A DNA stretch of 64,000 nucleotides, taken from NCBI GenBank assembly GCA_977030845.1, contig OZ365112.1, positions 11,098,001 to 11,162,000 on the forward strand, written 5' to 3'. This DNA is from Fimbriosthenelais zetlandica. Taxonomy: Eukaryota. Positions 26,711-40,885 of this stretch are shown here, piece by piece. The stretch's first letter is position 1; each line of letters opens with the position of its first letter. The notes beneath the pieces are model-generated. The model was not told the DNA's origin. It did no database searches and saw nothing but the letters and a program-made list of their open reading frames with translations. The translations under genes were made by a program, and so were the position numbers.

Positions 26711-29700
26711 GTCCGAAAGGCCGAGTTTATTTAATAAGGAATTAAAGGAAGAGAAAGGTCTTTATATGGCATTATGAACTTTCCCAAAAAATTGTGCACA
26801 GTATCTGTATTTAGACAAAAGTATTACCCTCTTGAATAGAGAACAAGAATGTGGATCCGTGTCTTGTATTACAATTCTCGTATGAAACGGACAGATTCAA
26901 GTATCTGTATGTGGCAACATCGTGGTCTTTTTCATAGCAAAGACGGTATACATATAGCTAATACAAGTGTATGAATTAATGTAGCGCAATATTCTTTTTT
27001 GAGACGGACCCGAGCTCTACTCTACTGAAGGTTCTGCTTTTTTAAGAAGACTAAGAAAAAAGCAGAATTCAAGCAGCGAAATAATGGATAGAGAGATAAA
27101 GAAAGATTCCATTAGAGTATAGATTGGTATGGTGTCATTTCAAAGCTCATGTGAGCACATCCTATAATGTTGGACTGATATACCCAAAATGAAACGCAGG
27201 AGAGCTTCCTTTATTTTGTTCCATCGTTTTAATGGAAGAGATGGAGGAGGCAATGGAGGGGCGCATTTGGCTTTATTCGAAAGGCTTATAATTGTATCAT
27301 ACAGTATATTGCTTATCTGATTTTCAAGCAAACAGCTCACAGAATCGGGTGAGAATGTATTTGGTGATATAAATACCAGATTCTATTATATGTTCGCTTG
27401 AAAGACCGATTCTGTGAGTGCTCCTGTGATTATGCAATGCTCCTATATTGTTGGCACTTAGTAACTAAGTTCTGCTATAGTTTCTTTCTGTTTACTCTGT
27501 TATTTATTTACTAGAGACCTTCTGTCTCGAGGTAATATGCTTAGAAATATGCAAGTTAATATGCTTATCTAAATCATTTCTGGGCAATTTCATCTCCCTT
27601 TATTGAAGGGATATAAATCTACCTCAATTGTCTTTCGTCTGGATAAACACTTTGAAACATATATTCACTTCATTTTATTCATGGGTTTTCTACTGGAGGA
27701 GTCCGCTGGGAAAGGGCTTTTTTGCTTGGAAGAGGCGAGCAAAAAGCGAGCCCCAAGTTTATTAAGTGGAAATTGCTTATCTATCCGCCTGAAAGGCGAA
27801 CAGATTGGATGTAAAGCTATTGGAATGAGTAGGTTTTTCATATGGGTTGGAAAGCCTTGTATCAAATTCCTTCTACATCGCTATCAAAGCCACAGATTGA
27901 CATTTGGACCAAACAACGATATTTAACTTGTTATATGGAATTTTCACGCGGTTCCACCACTCCAAAACAAATGTATAGGCTATACCATTTAAATGTTTCA
28001 TAACATAATTCAATTCTACTTTCCCAAGGTCAGTAACAAAACCACAAAAACATCCCACCTCACGTGTGGCTTACCCAATCCAGCCTTGTCGCATGAATGA
28101 TTTAAATGATATATCCCTGGGTACTATATCATACACAAAGACCCTACAGTAGTATGAAGGAGAAGATCGCGTGCACTTATCTCCAACAACAGGCTTTTTA
28201 GCTTGATGTTAGGTGTCGTTAACAGCCTACTTGTTTGGTTTCCTAATATTTTCTTCGGGAAAGTAGGCTGTGAGATGGACTGCATATAGGGCACAATATA
28301 GGCCCATATTGGGAGGGACAGAACTCCCAATAGCAAGGACAATGATAGCCAAGTTGGCTATTGTCATGTTAGTAACATTAAAGTTTGCTTTGTCTTAAGT
28401 CACTTGGTTTTATGCAGCATCCTTGGTTTTATGTTTTCGAATAAGATGTCAAAGCTTTGAATTCCCTTTCCAATTCGAGTAGGAAGTTAAAAAAATCATG
28501 AGCTTCCTTTATCCCTGATAAATAAATTTATGCAAATATACCTTTATTTCATCCTTCATATGCTTTCAAAACGAAATGAAATATCTATTAATTCTCTTCT
28601 CATAATCCACGGCACGGTTTCCATCAGTCTCCCTCATGGGAGGTGCCGATTGTCTCTCCAATCTCATCCCTGATCCCTGAATTCATTTACAAATAAAGAA
28701 CAAATCTGACTGTTGGGAGATTTGACATTTGAGGAAGATTAATGACTAGCTCTAGTGATGAATTACAGTGGGATCGACTACAGAATACAGACGCTTCTCT
28801 TTGATTCAGATCGACTGACGCTAACAGCCCCATCAGACGTTAATGATTCCCATCTTTGTCCTTACCATGGACTTGATGACAATCTCCCATATCCTAATTG
28901 TGTATATAAGAATTTATTCTTCTCCCAAATCCTTCATGGCATCGATATGATATCATTCCAAGTACATGGATGCGATTCAATAATTCTTTCAATACTGATT
29001 TCTATCTGAAGTGATGTACTACTGATTGTAACAGTTTCTACTGGTCAGTCTAGATTTTGATGATTTTTGAGCAGCAAGCAATTTTTCCAATGAATATGCA
29101 TGTTGATAACCAATGCTAATTCATTGGTAAACAAACTGCATTCTGTTATGAAATGAAGCATGGATCCAATACTGGCCTGAGGCCGTGGCTGTGAGTGGTG
29201 AATGGAGTAGGGTGAACCCAAGCTCTCAGGATAATGACGATCACTTTATTCTGCTGGAATAAATATTGTATGAAAGGGGTCATGATCCTGGTAGGCCAGC
29301 ACACGCCAGACTAAAGGGGGACATTCATATGACACCAGCTTCCCCCCGTTTTACATAGTTTCCCCATTAACTTCTCAGATTTTCCTAAAGTGTCGACATA
29401 CACTGTCCTTCCTGGAAGATGAAAAATATGAAATATGGTAAAAACCTTCACTTTGGGAGTGGTGGAAAGGTGTTCATTCAATGAAGTTATCCCTGGCCGG
29501 AGGGAGCCATAAATGACACCTCTCCCATGGTATACCGTGAAAGAATGTTCACAAAGAGCGTTAATTAATCAGTGGTGTTCACTAATGGAGATTTTACTAT
29601 AATGTGGGTGGACGAAATTGATGGACCAAATTGTGATATATACAATTTGATCAGGCAGATCATACATATCAATGATAGGCCTACATATGATATGGCCTTG

Positions 29701-29736
29701 CTTATGTCTGTATCGCACAGGTGCATCATGGGAGCA

Positions 29737-29804
29737 GGGGCCTGTTTCAGAACAATCATTATCAATGCTATGTCTATGGGAAATTGTTTCGCTGAAACTG
29801 GCCT
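29737..29804. mobile_element. Second two-ended copy of the short MITE-like family
   Basis: GGGGCCTGTTTCAGAA ... TGTCTATGGGAAATT ... CTGAAACTGGCC. Confidence 0.6.
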
Positions 29805-30789
29805 TGGTATCTATTCAGGCGATGATAATCAACACAGCTAGACGAGAGTTTTTTTTTCAGAATCAATGCTGAATACAGCTTTTATTGTAAGCTCCGACTT
29901 TGATCTCTGCACCCTCCTTTTTCAACCCCTCCATTATACATAGAGATATCTGGGTCAACAAAGGTGAAAAAAGCTTCAGAGGAGGTAAAGGTGCAGGGAT
30001 TGATGCTCACAGAGAAGATTTATTACCTAGAAATATGAGATCCTGCTTCCAGACTCCACCCAATGTTTCCTTTCAAATCCCGTAGAAAAAACTTGAACTT
30101 AAAATAGTGGAAGTAAAAAGGCCACAATGGTAGCTGTGTTTGTGTTTTAAAAATGAGGATGTCCTGACAGTGCAAGTCAATGAGTTCTAGGCTAAAGGGG
30201 CACTAAATGATGTACCTGACATAATAATTATTCTGCCTAGTGCTGTATGACATTATATGTTGGCAATTCATAAAGTCAATAAATTCAGTTTTCACCCTAT
30301 AATCTATAATTGTAATAGATATCTCACAGTTTCTGAACAGTTTTCTAAACATTGAAGCCAGACACAGACAGAACCATTTAAAATATTCTATAGCATTTCG
30401 ACAATATACATAGCCATGTCCCAGCCATACCATGTACTGATTGCATCATATCATCAGTATTCCTAACACAATACCAGCCTGTGTATATAGACCTTTTTTC
30501 TTGCCTCTGATGTCACGGGGTGAACCTAATAAGGAAGTGCATAATATATAGCTCTACAGTGCAGACAATATCCTATCTCTCTGCCTCTGTCAGCCTCTTA
30601 TCCCTTTGTGTATTTATCACCTATATAGCACGCCTGTCTAGACCTTCCTTCCACCTCCATCAGTGCTCACCACCGTGAGATATAAGGCAATCATTCATTG
30701 CCTACAGTCTCCATTAGGCAATGTATGCAATAGATGGCCATGTCCTGGACTTTATCACACCAGTGCTCATGTTTGAACTTGTTCAAAGT

Positions 30790-30853
30790 GGTGGTCAATG
30801 GTGGTCAATTTGACCACAAGCATATGACTGCTGACCACAAGCCTATGACTGCT
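30790..30853. repeat. Small tandem duplications (GGTGGTCAAT x2; TGACCACAAGC[A/C]TATGACTGC x2)
   Basis: Directly visible. Confidence 0.75.
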
Positions 30854-31338
30854 GTCTGCCTGTCTCGAAGGCTATTTATATGTAATGTGTATCTAGCTGT
30901 TTCTTAAAGATCTCATTTTGCTCAATGCTCAATGGCTGATAATGCTAAGCTTTGTAAGCAAAGAAATCCCTTAATTCTCTATCTCCACAGCAGTCTTAGA
31001 GTTCTAATATATAGATTAGATCTATGCGATTTAACCAAGGATACTCTAGTAACTCTACTATCCTGGATTGAAGGTTAAGTAGCATTTAGGAAAACTGTTC
31101 AGGGAAGTCACTTTCATAAAAGAAGGTCGTTTTTTTGCAAAGTAACTTTCAACCCTTGTGGATTTGCAGAAATTTGTTTTGGGAGATCACGAGCTTTGGT
31201 GCTTGTCATTAGAATCGCTTGTGCTTTAATGTAAAGACCAGGGCCCTGAAGCATTTACTCACAGTCGTTTCAGGTTCCCTGCTAATGATATATATGATGG
31301 AATTCTAACCATCACGGTACATCAATACTTATCCTTAC

Positions 31339-31481
31339 AGTGAGAGAGGCTGGGAACATTTCATGGTTTTTAGCTGGATCAAAAGTGACAGAAGTGCCAG
31401 GAGCGGCATCAGAGTAAACAGTAACATCAGGGATGAAGCGTTTTATGGGAGTTGGGTGGTGACACATGTCATTCTCATCAC
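31339..31481 (-). CDS. Candidate exon of an unidentified minus-strand gene (GDENDMCHHPTPIKRFIPDVTVYSDAAPGTSVTFDPAKNHEMFPASLT)
   Basis: Acceptor tattcaccacag| and donor ACT|GTAAGG; protein-like 47-codon frame; phase-compatible with a neighbouring candidate exon at 31532-31682. Confidence 0.35.
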
Positions 31482-34400
31482 CTGTGGTGAATATGACGGG
31501 TAGACATACATGGAGTTACTCATAGACATACCAGTCTTCAAACAGGAATAACAACTCCTAGTCATACATAAATCCAGGTATTTTGTAAAGGCGGGAGAAG
31601 GGCTCCTGACCCCCTGGACTATACCCCTTCTGGATGTGACTTTATCCAGAACTTTGATATTGAATTTTGTTTCGGAATTCCTCTGCAAATTTTTAATCTA
31701 TTTTGCCTATTCAACCCTTGTCGTGCGGCCCATTGTGCACAACCTTATTCTGATGTATGGAAGCAAGTTAAATGGCTCCAGTGAGAGTCAAACCCAATAA
31801 AGTGTTTTCTGCACTTGACCTTTTCGGCCTGAAGACAAACTGGACGTTTCATTGATCGGTCATGCTCTCTCTACATGGATCTCAGTGATGGACCCGTTGT
31901 GTGGGACTGTAAAAAGAGAAGGGTTGTGCCATGACATGAATTAGGAGTTAGCTGAATGAAAGTGGTTGATGTATTTAGGGTGATAAACATCTGACATGAA
32001 GGGTGGGCCAGCACGTGTAGCTCCTTCACATGATTTGTACCATTGTTCAGGTCCTTGTTCACTATATGAGCTCTATCATGGACCATTGCTCTTATGCAAA
32101 TAACCCATCAGTTGAGTCACTCATCTACTACTCCACAGTCTGCTATTGATGCAGAAAATTCACTTTCTTCTTGCATTTAGAATGTGAAAATAGGCCATCT
32201 TACTGCTGCTTTTGCCGTCCTAATGCCGGTGCATTAAAAAACTTCTGATTCTGCGTGTTAACTTCAAAGAACAGGTCTTCTCGTTGTTTTCCTTTAGTCA
32301 GTTGAATTATTATGTCTTTGTACTTGGCGAATAAGCCTCACATGTAGGATTTAAGGATAATTTACTAAAGCCACAACTCTGATGGAAACAAGGCATTTCT
32401 TTACCGACTTTCTCCCTCTGCCGCAGGTGACATCTTGTTTGTTTTCTCCCAGGGGGAGGCTTTTTTCAGCTCATATTATTTCTTTAATTCTCCTCGACAT
32501 CACACATTCATGGCCGCCTTTATCAAATAAATGTATTAATCATGTTAGCGGATGCCACTGGTGGTGAGACAGTGCCGGGAGGTGAGGACTTTAATCAGGG
32601 ATTGGTTTACAGGCCTTTATTAATCACAGGGTCGGGAATTGGCTTCCAAACTTCTTCCAAGCTTCCAAACTTGTGGACAAGTGAAGGGCCAGTCTCATAA
32701 CAAGTAATATATCAAATGCTTATGAAACACATTGGGATATCTACACTTTTATCGTAGTGTAAAATTTTGCATTGGTGATTCAGTATTTGCTATAGAAAAA
32801 TACTTTAAAACATTACAAATTTAAGTAAGTGTGATAGTGGAAAGTTTAAAAGGGGCAATTGAGAGGTGAAGTGGCGAGTGGTTTTTGGAGTCATTACTGA
32901 GGTGACATTTAGTTTACACTAGGTAAACCCGAGCGAAGGCATATCATCCTCCATATATTTACCGTTCCCCAACTACTGATGGTTCTCCCCGACTCGACTA
33001 GAAGACCCCATGAAGTCTTTAAGTGTTTCACAAATGTGTGCTTAACGTGGCCCTTGTAAATGCCAGCCACAACCAGAGTAAAATGTCCTCCTTATTTTGA
33101 TGAATAGAGGGAAATTAGGTAGCCTGCTTTATAGCTTCACTTTATTTTACTCATAGGGAATATAAGCTAGCTAGTGCTCATTGGCCAGACAGCCAGCCTG
33201 ATGTGGGACTTTCATCTACTTGACATTCATAGGTCAAGATAAAAAAAAAGTATTGGACTTTGATAATATCCTCACATCTATTGAATATGATGAATAGATG
33301 TCATAAGACGAGCTCAGTTATTGAGCAGCTCATGTGGTGGGTAAATCCCCTTTTATCGCTCACGTACGTGTACAAATAGAGGCCAGTAGTCAAATAGCTT
33401 CCATCACGTCTGTAAGCGAGAAATAGAGCTGGCCCAGGGGCATGATCCGCCGCCTGAAAGGTGCAGTAGACAAGTGATGGGGAGACCGGAGCGATTGAGA
33501 GGACAAGTGGGAATCTATGCATAGATCTGAGCGGCTCATTTGGGCCTAAAATGATGCATTTTGGGGAGACCTTATATTGGTCAGCGGTGAGGTGAAATGC
33601 CCTACATGTACGGCTAATATAATTCCCCGCCTCCACCTGAAGCTAACGTTCCTCATTTGCCTTTTCTGTCAGTTTTATCTGGCGGATACATGACCGCACC
33701 TTGGGCGATCGTCCGATCTCATTTTGTCTCATTGCTCGACCTGTCGTCTGTCGTTGGAAAACCTCCCGTTCCTGTTTCACCAGAGGCAATGCCAAAACTA
33801 CAAATAGAGTCTGAAGTGCTGACAGCTGTGGACAAGCTAATCAGAGAATGAAATTCTGCACCTTGGGGATGGGGGGATTTGCCAGCTACCTGTTAGAACT
33901 TGGTACAAGTTCTGAATAAGTCTGGCAGAAACACTATTTAGTAGTAAAGGGGAGCAGACAAGCCTTACCAACTACAGTAACTATACTACCTCGTTAAGAA
34001 GCCCTCACATCTGCAGAGGCTGTTACCAGGAACTACTCATTAGCATTTTTTATTGTAAGCCATTTACCCAAGTTACAAAAGGAAAAAGAACATGAACATT
34101 AAGTTGTCAGGTTGCCGTTCTGAGCTTAGTGTCCGGTAGTGAAATGTCCTATTGTTTTCCATTCTGCCTCAGCAACAGACAGCATGCTGGACTTCTGTTC
34201 TGTGTTGACAGGTAATTACTGTATTGGTCTGGAAGATTATCTTTCTATCGTGGTGTAATATGACCATCCTGTATGATCTGCTATACTGCATGACTCAGAT
34301 ATCCATTTTGTCTGGTTTCTTTTTTATTTTATCTACATATATATATAATAACTCCTGATCAAGTATATTTTGCAAAAAGTTATTTGGCTGCAAACAGCTG

Positions 34401-37043
34401 TACTTCGTGCTTTCCAAACAAATAATGAATTCCTGTTGTAAATGCATACTCCAATTTAAAACAGTTCATCTTCACTGACCGATTCATTGCCTGTGGCACT
34501 AGAAAAATTGATTTCATTATAAATTGAGAAATATTGTCAGTATTTTAAGAGATCTTTACCTCGTGTTCAAAGCTTACTTTTAATTTAAACCAACTGGAGA
34601 GACTGACGGTGGGTCATTCATCAGGGAAGTTGAGTTGGAAGCAGACCGTGGAGTGTTATAAACTGTTGTTATATCCTCTGGAGCAGTATAGGCTCCACAG
34701 TGATCAATCACAATATCACGGTCTCTACTGCACATTGTGTATTTCCTGATTGATACCTTTAAAGCTGGATGGACGGCGCAAAAGTTTACTAGGCATTTTC
34801 CATTTTGTCTGGGGGATTTTTGCAAAAAAAAATTTTCTAAAAAGGTCTGTAGGAGAATTACATGTATTTCTATTGATATCCCGAAATGGTAATTATAGAA
34901 ACGTTAGAAATATTTTTTTATAGAAACAATTGCCTATGTTTCTAGTATCAATGTCTTTTTTCTAAATACTGATTTTTGGTTTTCCCTGCACAGGCGGATC
35001 GAGGGGGATGAGAATTCCCAGCCCCTCAATTATTAATATTTTAGGATCACAGGGCCTGACCCCCTTTTGAACAGCGAACAGTGCTGTCCGCAACCCCATC
35101 TCCCTTTTAGCCAGTACCTCCCATCGAAAAGAAGCCCACAATGGCTCCATCAGTAACCAGCTGTATGTATATAGAGAGATTTGCTCCCATCTCTACCTCT
35201 CTACCCTTATTTAGCGATACACAGGTGGCTTACTGAGCCATGTATACCTGGGTATTCACCATGCTTTGATCGCAGTGATTTCCAGGAGTTGTTTCTTGTA
35301 CCTTTAATACCTTCACCAAGCCCTCGTTTCTCGTTTGATGTAAAGAAGGGCAGCTGTTACATCAAGCACCTGCTCAATGAAAGAGAAACACAATCCTGGA
35401 GCCATGCCAGCCAGGTGCTGCTTCTTAAGACCATCTTGACATGGATATATGCCGCTTTTTATCCTCTTTTATTCTTCCATCCAACCATTTAACCTTGTAT
35501 CAATGCCCATCTTGTATAATAAATTGCCTGCCAATACAAGGCTTGACGATGGAGATTTACCAGAAAAAAAATCTCTACAAAAGGAAATTGATTCTGATGT
35601 TGAGACCTTCTTTCATATTCATTGCTGCTTTCCTTCCATCAATCATCATGAATTGCCATCCAATGTTATGCCAAGAGATGTTTGATTAAAAATACAATTA
35701 AATGTAGATTTAGATGCCTTTCGAATATGCAGACTCGTGTCTCCTATCATATCCAGTGATGAGAAAGTGAAAAGGCGTGGCAGTTTCATAACTCTTTCTA
35801 CACTGGTTGTCTAATTGCACGCACCAATGAGAAAGCCCATCACTTGCACAGATGACAACTTTGAGAGATCCAGAAATTATGTCACACAGGGAATAATTGC
35901 TCTCTATTTGCATTACCTGTTTCAGAAGGAAAGTGAGCCCCATACTACCCCATACTATAAGCTTAAACTGAGGGCTGTTTATTACAAAACAGACCCTGGG
36001 TTTAATTTGAAATCCCAATCAAGAATAGTTTATTAATGAAAATACTTCTGTATTTCCATCATGCCTCTGGTTGAACTAGAGTAATTTCATTTCTTATCCT
36101 TCATGGCAGATCTAGGTCCTTCCTCATTGTGGGGCACGTGACTGAGTTATGAATATTTAATAACTCCATGTCAACCAATGAATCGATGTGCCACACACGG
36201 TATAATAAATATCATCTTTTTGAGGGGATTGCTTTTGAATATCACGTACCAATGAGTGGTGACAAGCTGATTTCCATATGAAATCTATGTTATCAATGGA
36301 TACCCTCCTAGCGCTATCTTTTGTTATAATATAGGTCAATACATACAGAATTTTAATGGTAAAATCATTATGGCAGACTAGCTGTTCCATTCAGCATGAG
36401 GAGAGGTAATATGGGGATTCAATTATTTATAGAAGATCCTAGTATAAAGATAGAACTGAACAAAGGTTGAAATCGACTTAAGTGACTCAATGGGAAAGAG
36501 CTTAGATCTAGCGTGTTCAAATCGATTGCAACGCTTCTTCAGTTCAGTCTAGATATCTAATCTCCAACTCAGTTCAAGAACATGCTCAGATGTGATTTTT
36601 GAAACAAGTTCACTGGATTCGAATTTTAGAAATGAAAAGTTTCTAAAATGTATTGTAAAAACTTAATTCAATTGAGTACGTAAACATCGAGTTAGAATGA
36701 ACATAGCTGCAGTAAAGGATGTATTAGAGGCAGAGAAAAAAGTGGCTAGTACTGATTGCAGTCTGAGCACATGCAAAGAGTAGGTGGTGGAGGGTGAGGT
36801 AGGCGTATATAAGTATGCATATAGAGTTTCTGGACCTGTTAGTGACAGGAAGAGTTGCTCCTGGCCGGGTGGTGTTCAGCATTAGCTCGGGGACCTGTAA
36901 CATGCGATATGGTGTACATATAAATTGTCATACCATTACAAATGAGTGGAAAAGTGTAGAGTTGTGTGTGGGGGTGGATCCATATAGAAATATTCTCTCA
37001 ACCTTGTACATAACTTTAAGCTAGCCACACTAGTGGCGTCTAA

Positions 37044-37254
37044 AGCCAGGAATACACTAATCCGTTTCTGTATCCGGAGCCATCCGATAGCTGTCCGAAA
37101 CTAAATTTCTATTCACGCCAAATGCTTGCAATTTGAACAGTCCTTTACACCTAGGTAATGCTAACCACTGACACAATTTCAATCTTTTGATGTCATTAGA
37201 AAAAGGGTATCAGATGGCGACGGATCGGAGAATCGGATTAGTGTATTCCCGGCT
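37044..37254. mobile_element. PIF/Harbinger-type MITE (211 bp)
   Basis: Terminal inverted repeats of about 45 bp (AGCCAGGAATACACTAATCCG... / ...CGGATTAGTGTATTCCCGGCT), flanked on both sides by TAA (37041-37043 and 37255-37257), the TWA target-site duplication typical of PIF/Harbinger. Confidence 0.85.
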
Positions 37255-39439
37255 TAACTCTAACAGCAAAATTGTGTGAAATGCAAACATGCCTTGAAAC
37301 GCGTCGGGATGCTCCTACAATGTTTGCATCGGAGTCGATGTGTCCGTACAAAAAGGCAGGCATATACTAAAATGGTCTTGCATTGCTGCATGCTTAATTC
37401 CTATACCATATACTGTTCCCTTCACTAATGGGAATACTAATCAAATGCGTTTTCTGTATATTACTTGTAACACATTTATATGTTGGACAGTAAAGCACTA
37501 ATCAATGCTGACATCTTAGGCCACAAGCAACTGGTAGAATCCAAAAGGCATCCGTATGTTATTTTTCTCAAGGGAAATTTAATGCAAATTGTGCATTCAT
37601 TTAAATGATCATGCATTAAGATACCTGCCCGATGTGTACCAAGTTGTACTACGAATATGTATTACGTTGCCCATTTAAATATCTCATATAATGTAAAATT
37701 CTCCAGGAGTATGTATAGCAGTTGTGTTCAAAGTTGCCAAAAACCTAATTGATACGTTCAAGTGGCCTTACATGAAATGCATGCCTCTCCCCATTCAGTG
37801 ACCTTATTGGCACTGGTTGTATTCCTGAGACCCGTACCATAGGAAAGATACACTGTATATAATTGTAGCATAGCTTTCTTTGCAAACCGCCCCTGGATCG
37901 ACATTCAATACTAAACACTTTACTCATAGATTGTCCCGGACTGAAATACATTCATTGTCAGCAGGATATATCTAGATCTGATTGTTCCATTCTGACTAGT
38001 ATTGACTTATAAACATAAGGTTATATAGATTCAGGCTAAACCGTTCATACCATTTGAATGAGGCCATGAGCATGTGTTTAATATTGGAGTACACACAGAC
38101 TTACAATTATGAGGACCTGGGATATTAGCCATATATTTTCATAGCCATGGAGTACACAAATATAACTGAGCTGTAACAGCACGTAAGTTAATTTGTTATT
38201 AATTTTGATCAGTGTTAATTTTGATGCTTCTGCATACCAACTGCTACCATTCCTCTTGAGTACATACATTGGGTGTAGAACCATATACCGTACTCTAAGC
38301 GGTATGTACACGGGTTCACATTTCTCGCCGGGTCTACAACTGTTGCATGACTAGATTGCCTCCTTTGACACCTGGGTAACCGTGTCGGGGTGAAGATTGA
38401 TCACTCCATCACGAGTTTTGCTGATGACCCTTTTACAGAATTGTGAGTTCGGTTTGTTAAATTAATTTAAAATTATTTTGTTTAACAGTATAACGTTTTG
38501 TTGCTGCTGTGGGAATCATTAACATTCTAGCTTTATTTCCTTTTATATTTTCTGTTACTAGATACGTAGGTCATTGCACAGCCATTATGATAGACTATAA
38601 TGGATTGTTGTACAATGACCTCTATGCAATGACTTCAACTTATAACTGCCAACCGTCCTATATAGTTGAAAATAATGTACGATAACATATAAGTAATATT
38701 GCAATTAAAGATATTAAATAAATGAAAGAATGCAGAGGAACATCCCCAGACCCTCTAAATAAACCTCTAACATTATATTATACATTATGTAACTACATAA
38801 TATCGTTCTCGCTGATGAGAGCATATTAATACATGTCTACATGTAGGTCTGCTCTGTAGTCATTCGCTGCTGTGCAAACAGGCACTCACTGGCAAATAGA
38901 ATATCATAGAGCAGTTGACCAACATATGAGATTGAATTGCTCTCAGGGAAATGCAAAAAGATTAATCAAGATTATACATATAGAGCGAACATTTATCACC
39001 ACTGAATAGTCAGAAAAGATATATACATTTATAAATGTTTATAAATGAGATTATGTAATGTGCAGTATCATCATTTCTCTTGATATATAAATTTCTATTC
39101 AATCATGTAATACTGGTTACTCTGATGCGTAGTGTTTCCTGTTGAAATAATTCTGTTTACCCCTCTGAGGCCATGCATTATTCAAGTCAAATAAAGTCAT
39201 CAGTCGTACGAGCTTGGTAATGATGATTAGTACCATTTATCAGCCCTCTATATGGAAATGAGGAAAGCAATACCAGACTAAAGCATAACAAAGCCTGGAC
39301 TAAGCCGCATCCCGGTTAAAATTCATCATGTCGTTGCTATATACAACGTACGGGCCCACTCAAGGGAAATCAAGCCAAGCTTTCGCGTTCAATGCGCACC
39401 ATATGAGGGACTTTTATAAGATTTCTTTGCTGATTTCTG

Positions 39440-39496
39440 AGTGTCCCACAGGGTGAGAAAAAAACTCTGGTTGTAGATTGTTTCAACAATATGCAG
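39440..39496 (+). other. Candidate 5' UTR exon upstream of exon 1A (start approximate)
   Basis: Donor CAG|GTAAAT at 39497, a TATA-like ttttataag near 39412 and local CpG enrichment; it would give a 429-nt intron to the acceptor at 39925. Confidence 0.3.
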
Positions 39497-40058
39497 GTAA
39501 ATATTTTCGAAGACGACTTATTTTTAATACCCTCCAACTGTAAATACTCAAATTGAAGTTGAAAGAGAAAACAGATAGAGTTTCACTTAGGTCAATGCAT
39601 GACCAGCAGTATCATCTAACCCTTTCTCTTAAAACCCAACCCTAACTCAGGCACATTTAGGTATGTACCCTGAGGCTGCTCTTCAGGCATATGGTGTGAT
39701 GAAATATGGAAATACTCTCCCGCGGAAACATGCCAAACTGGGACAACACCCCAACCTACAGGAAATATCAATACCCAGTGTCAAATATCCATCACTGCCC
39801 CATTCTGTGTTATAAACATTCATTGCTGTGCCCACTCGAAATGTTGACCGTACATGTATTTCCATCTGGGAACATTCTTTGTATATTAGTATATCTAATT
39901 TTGCATACTTTTTGTATATTTGCAGGTCTACGAGAAACACTTGAAAAGCAAACCTCAATGGATAGCTGCTTATACTGAAGGAAGAGCTTTTGAAAAATTT
40001 TCTGATGACAGAAAGTGCTTTTTTTGTATAAATTAAGGCAACAAGACTCAAAAGCAAA

Positions 40059-40885
40059 ATGCCTGGAGGAATTCATCATCCGAATCAATATCATAAGTCA
40101 CCCCACCAGTCTCCACAGCACAGACCTAAACCTCCTGGTGCCCCTGGATACGGTCCTCAAGGTCAACCCTATCAAGGTCAAAACCCCCAAGGTTATGTTA
40201 ACCAAGGTCAAAGTTACGCATCTCACCACCATGGACACCAGGATCATGGTCCTCCAAGCCATGGGGCTGCGGGTCAAGGGTATTACTCTGGAGGTCACGG
40301 TAAGGGGTCTGGAGGTCATTACAGTCCCCATCATGGCAGTCCGAGTCACTCAGCCTATAAAAGTCATGACGGCTACATGTCCACCCCGTCAATGCACGGG
40401 AGACCCAGCTCACCGCGCCCGGGCTCTCCACGGCTCTGTGACCGCCCCTTATCCCCTCACATGGAACGTAGGGCATCATCACCTCGACCAGGTAGCCGGC
40501 CGACATCCCCCCGACCCGCCAGCCGACCCACGTCCCCCCACCCCGGTGACCGTCAACGTCCAACCTCCCCCAGACCCTCTGACAAACCCACGTCCCGCTC
40601 CCTTGACCACCCAGCCCCCCAGCGTCATGGCCACAGCCCTCCTCTCTATGCTCATCACGGTCCCCCTCCCCCTCATCACGTTTCCCCTCATCATGTTAGC
40701 AGGCGGGACCCTGGAGGATCACCTATCGCCACCTCACGACAGCCTCGTGATCGTGCCTACAGGCATCGCCCTCCACCCAAACGTATACAGCGCCAGGACA
40801 GTCGCTGTATGGCCATACACAAGAGTTACGATGATGATAAGATTGTCATGCCCACAGGACTACCTACCAAATATGGCAATCCCCA
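40059..40885 (+). CDS. First coding exon (1A) of a plus-strand multi-exon gene; His/Gly/Gln/Pro-rich disordered N-terminus with RPxSP repeats
   Basis: 276-codon GC-rich frame, AAAATG start context, strong acceptor tttgtatatttgcag|G (exon begins 39926) and strong donor CA|GTGAGT at 40886 (phase 2). The protein is coherent low-complexity sequence (MPGGIHHPNQYHKSPHQSPQHRP...RPTSPRP...KYGNP). Confidence 0.8.

Noticed and set aside
40098-40694. Minus-strand ORFs over exon 1A
   Set aside because: They are antisense shadows of a GC-rich low-complexity exon.
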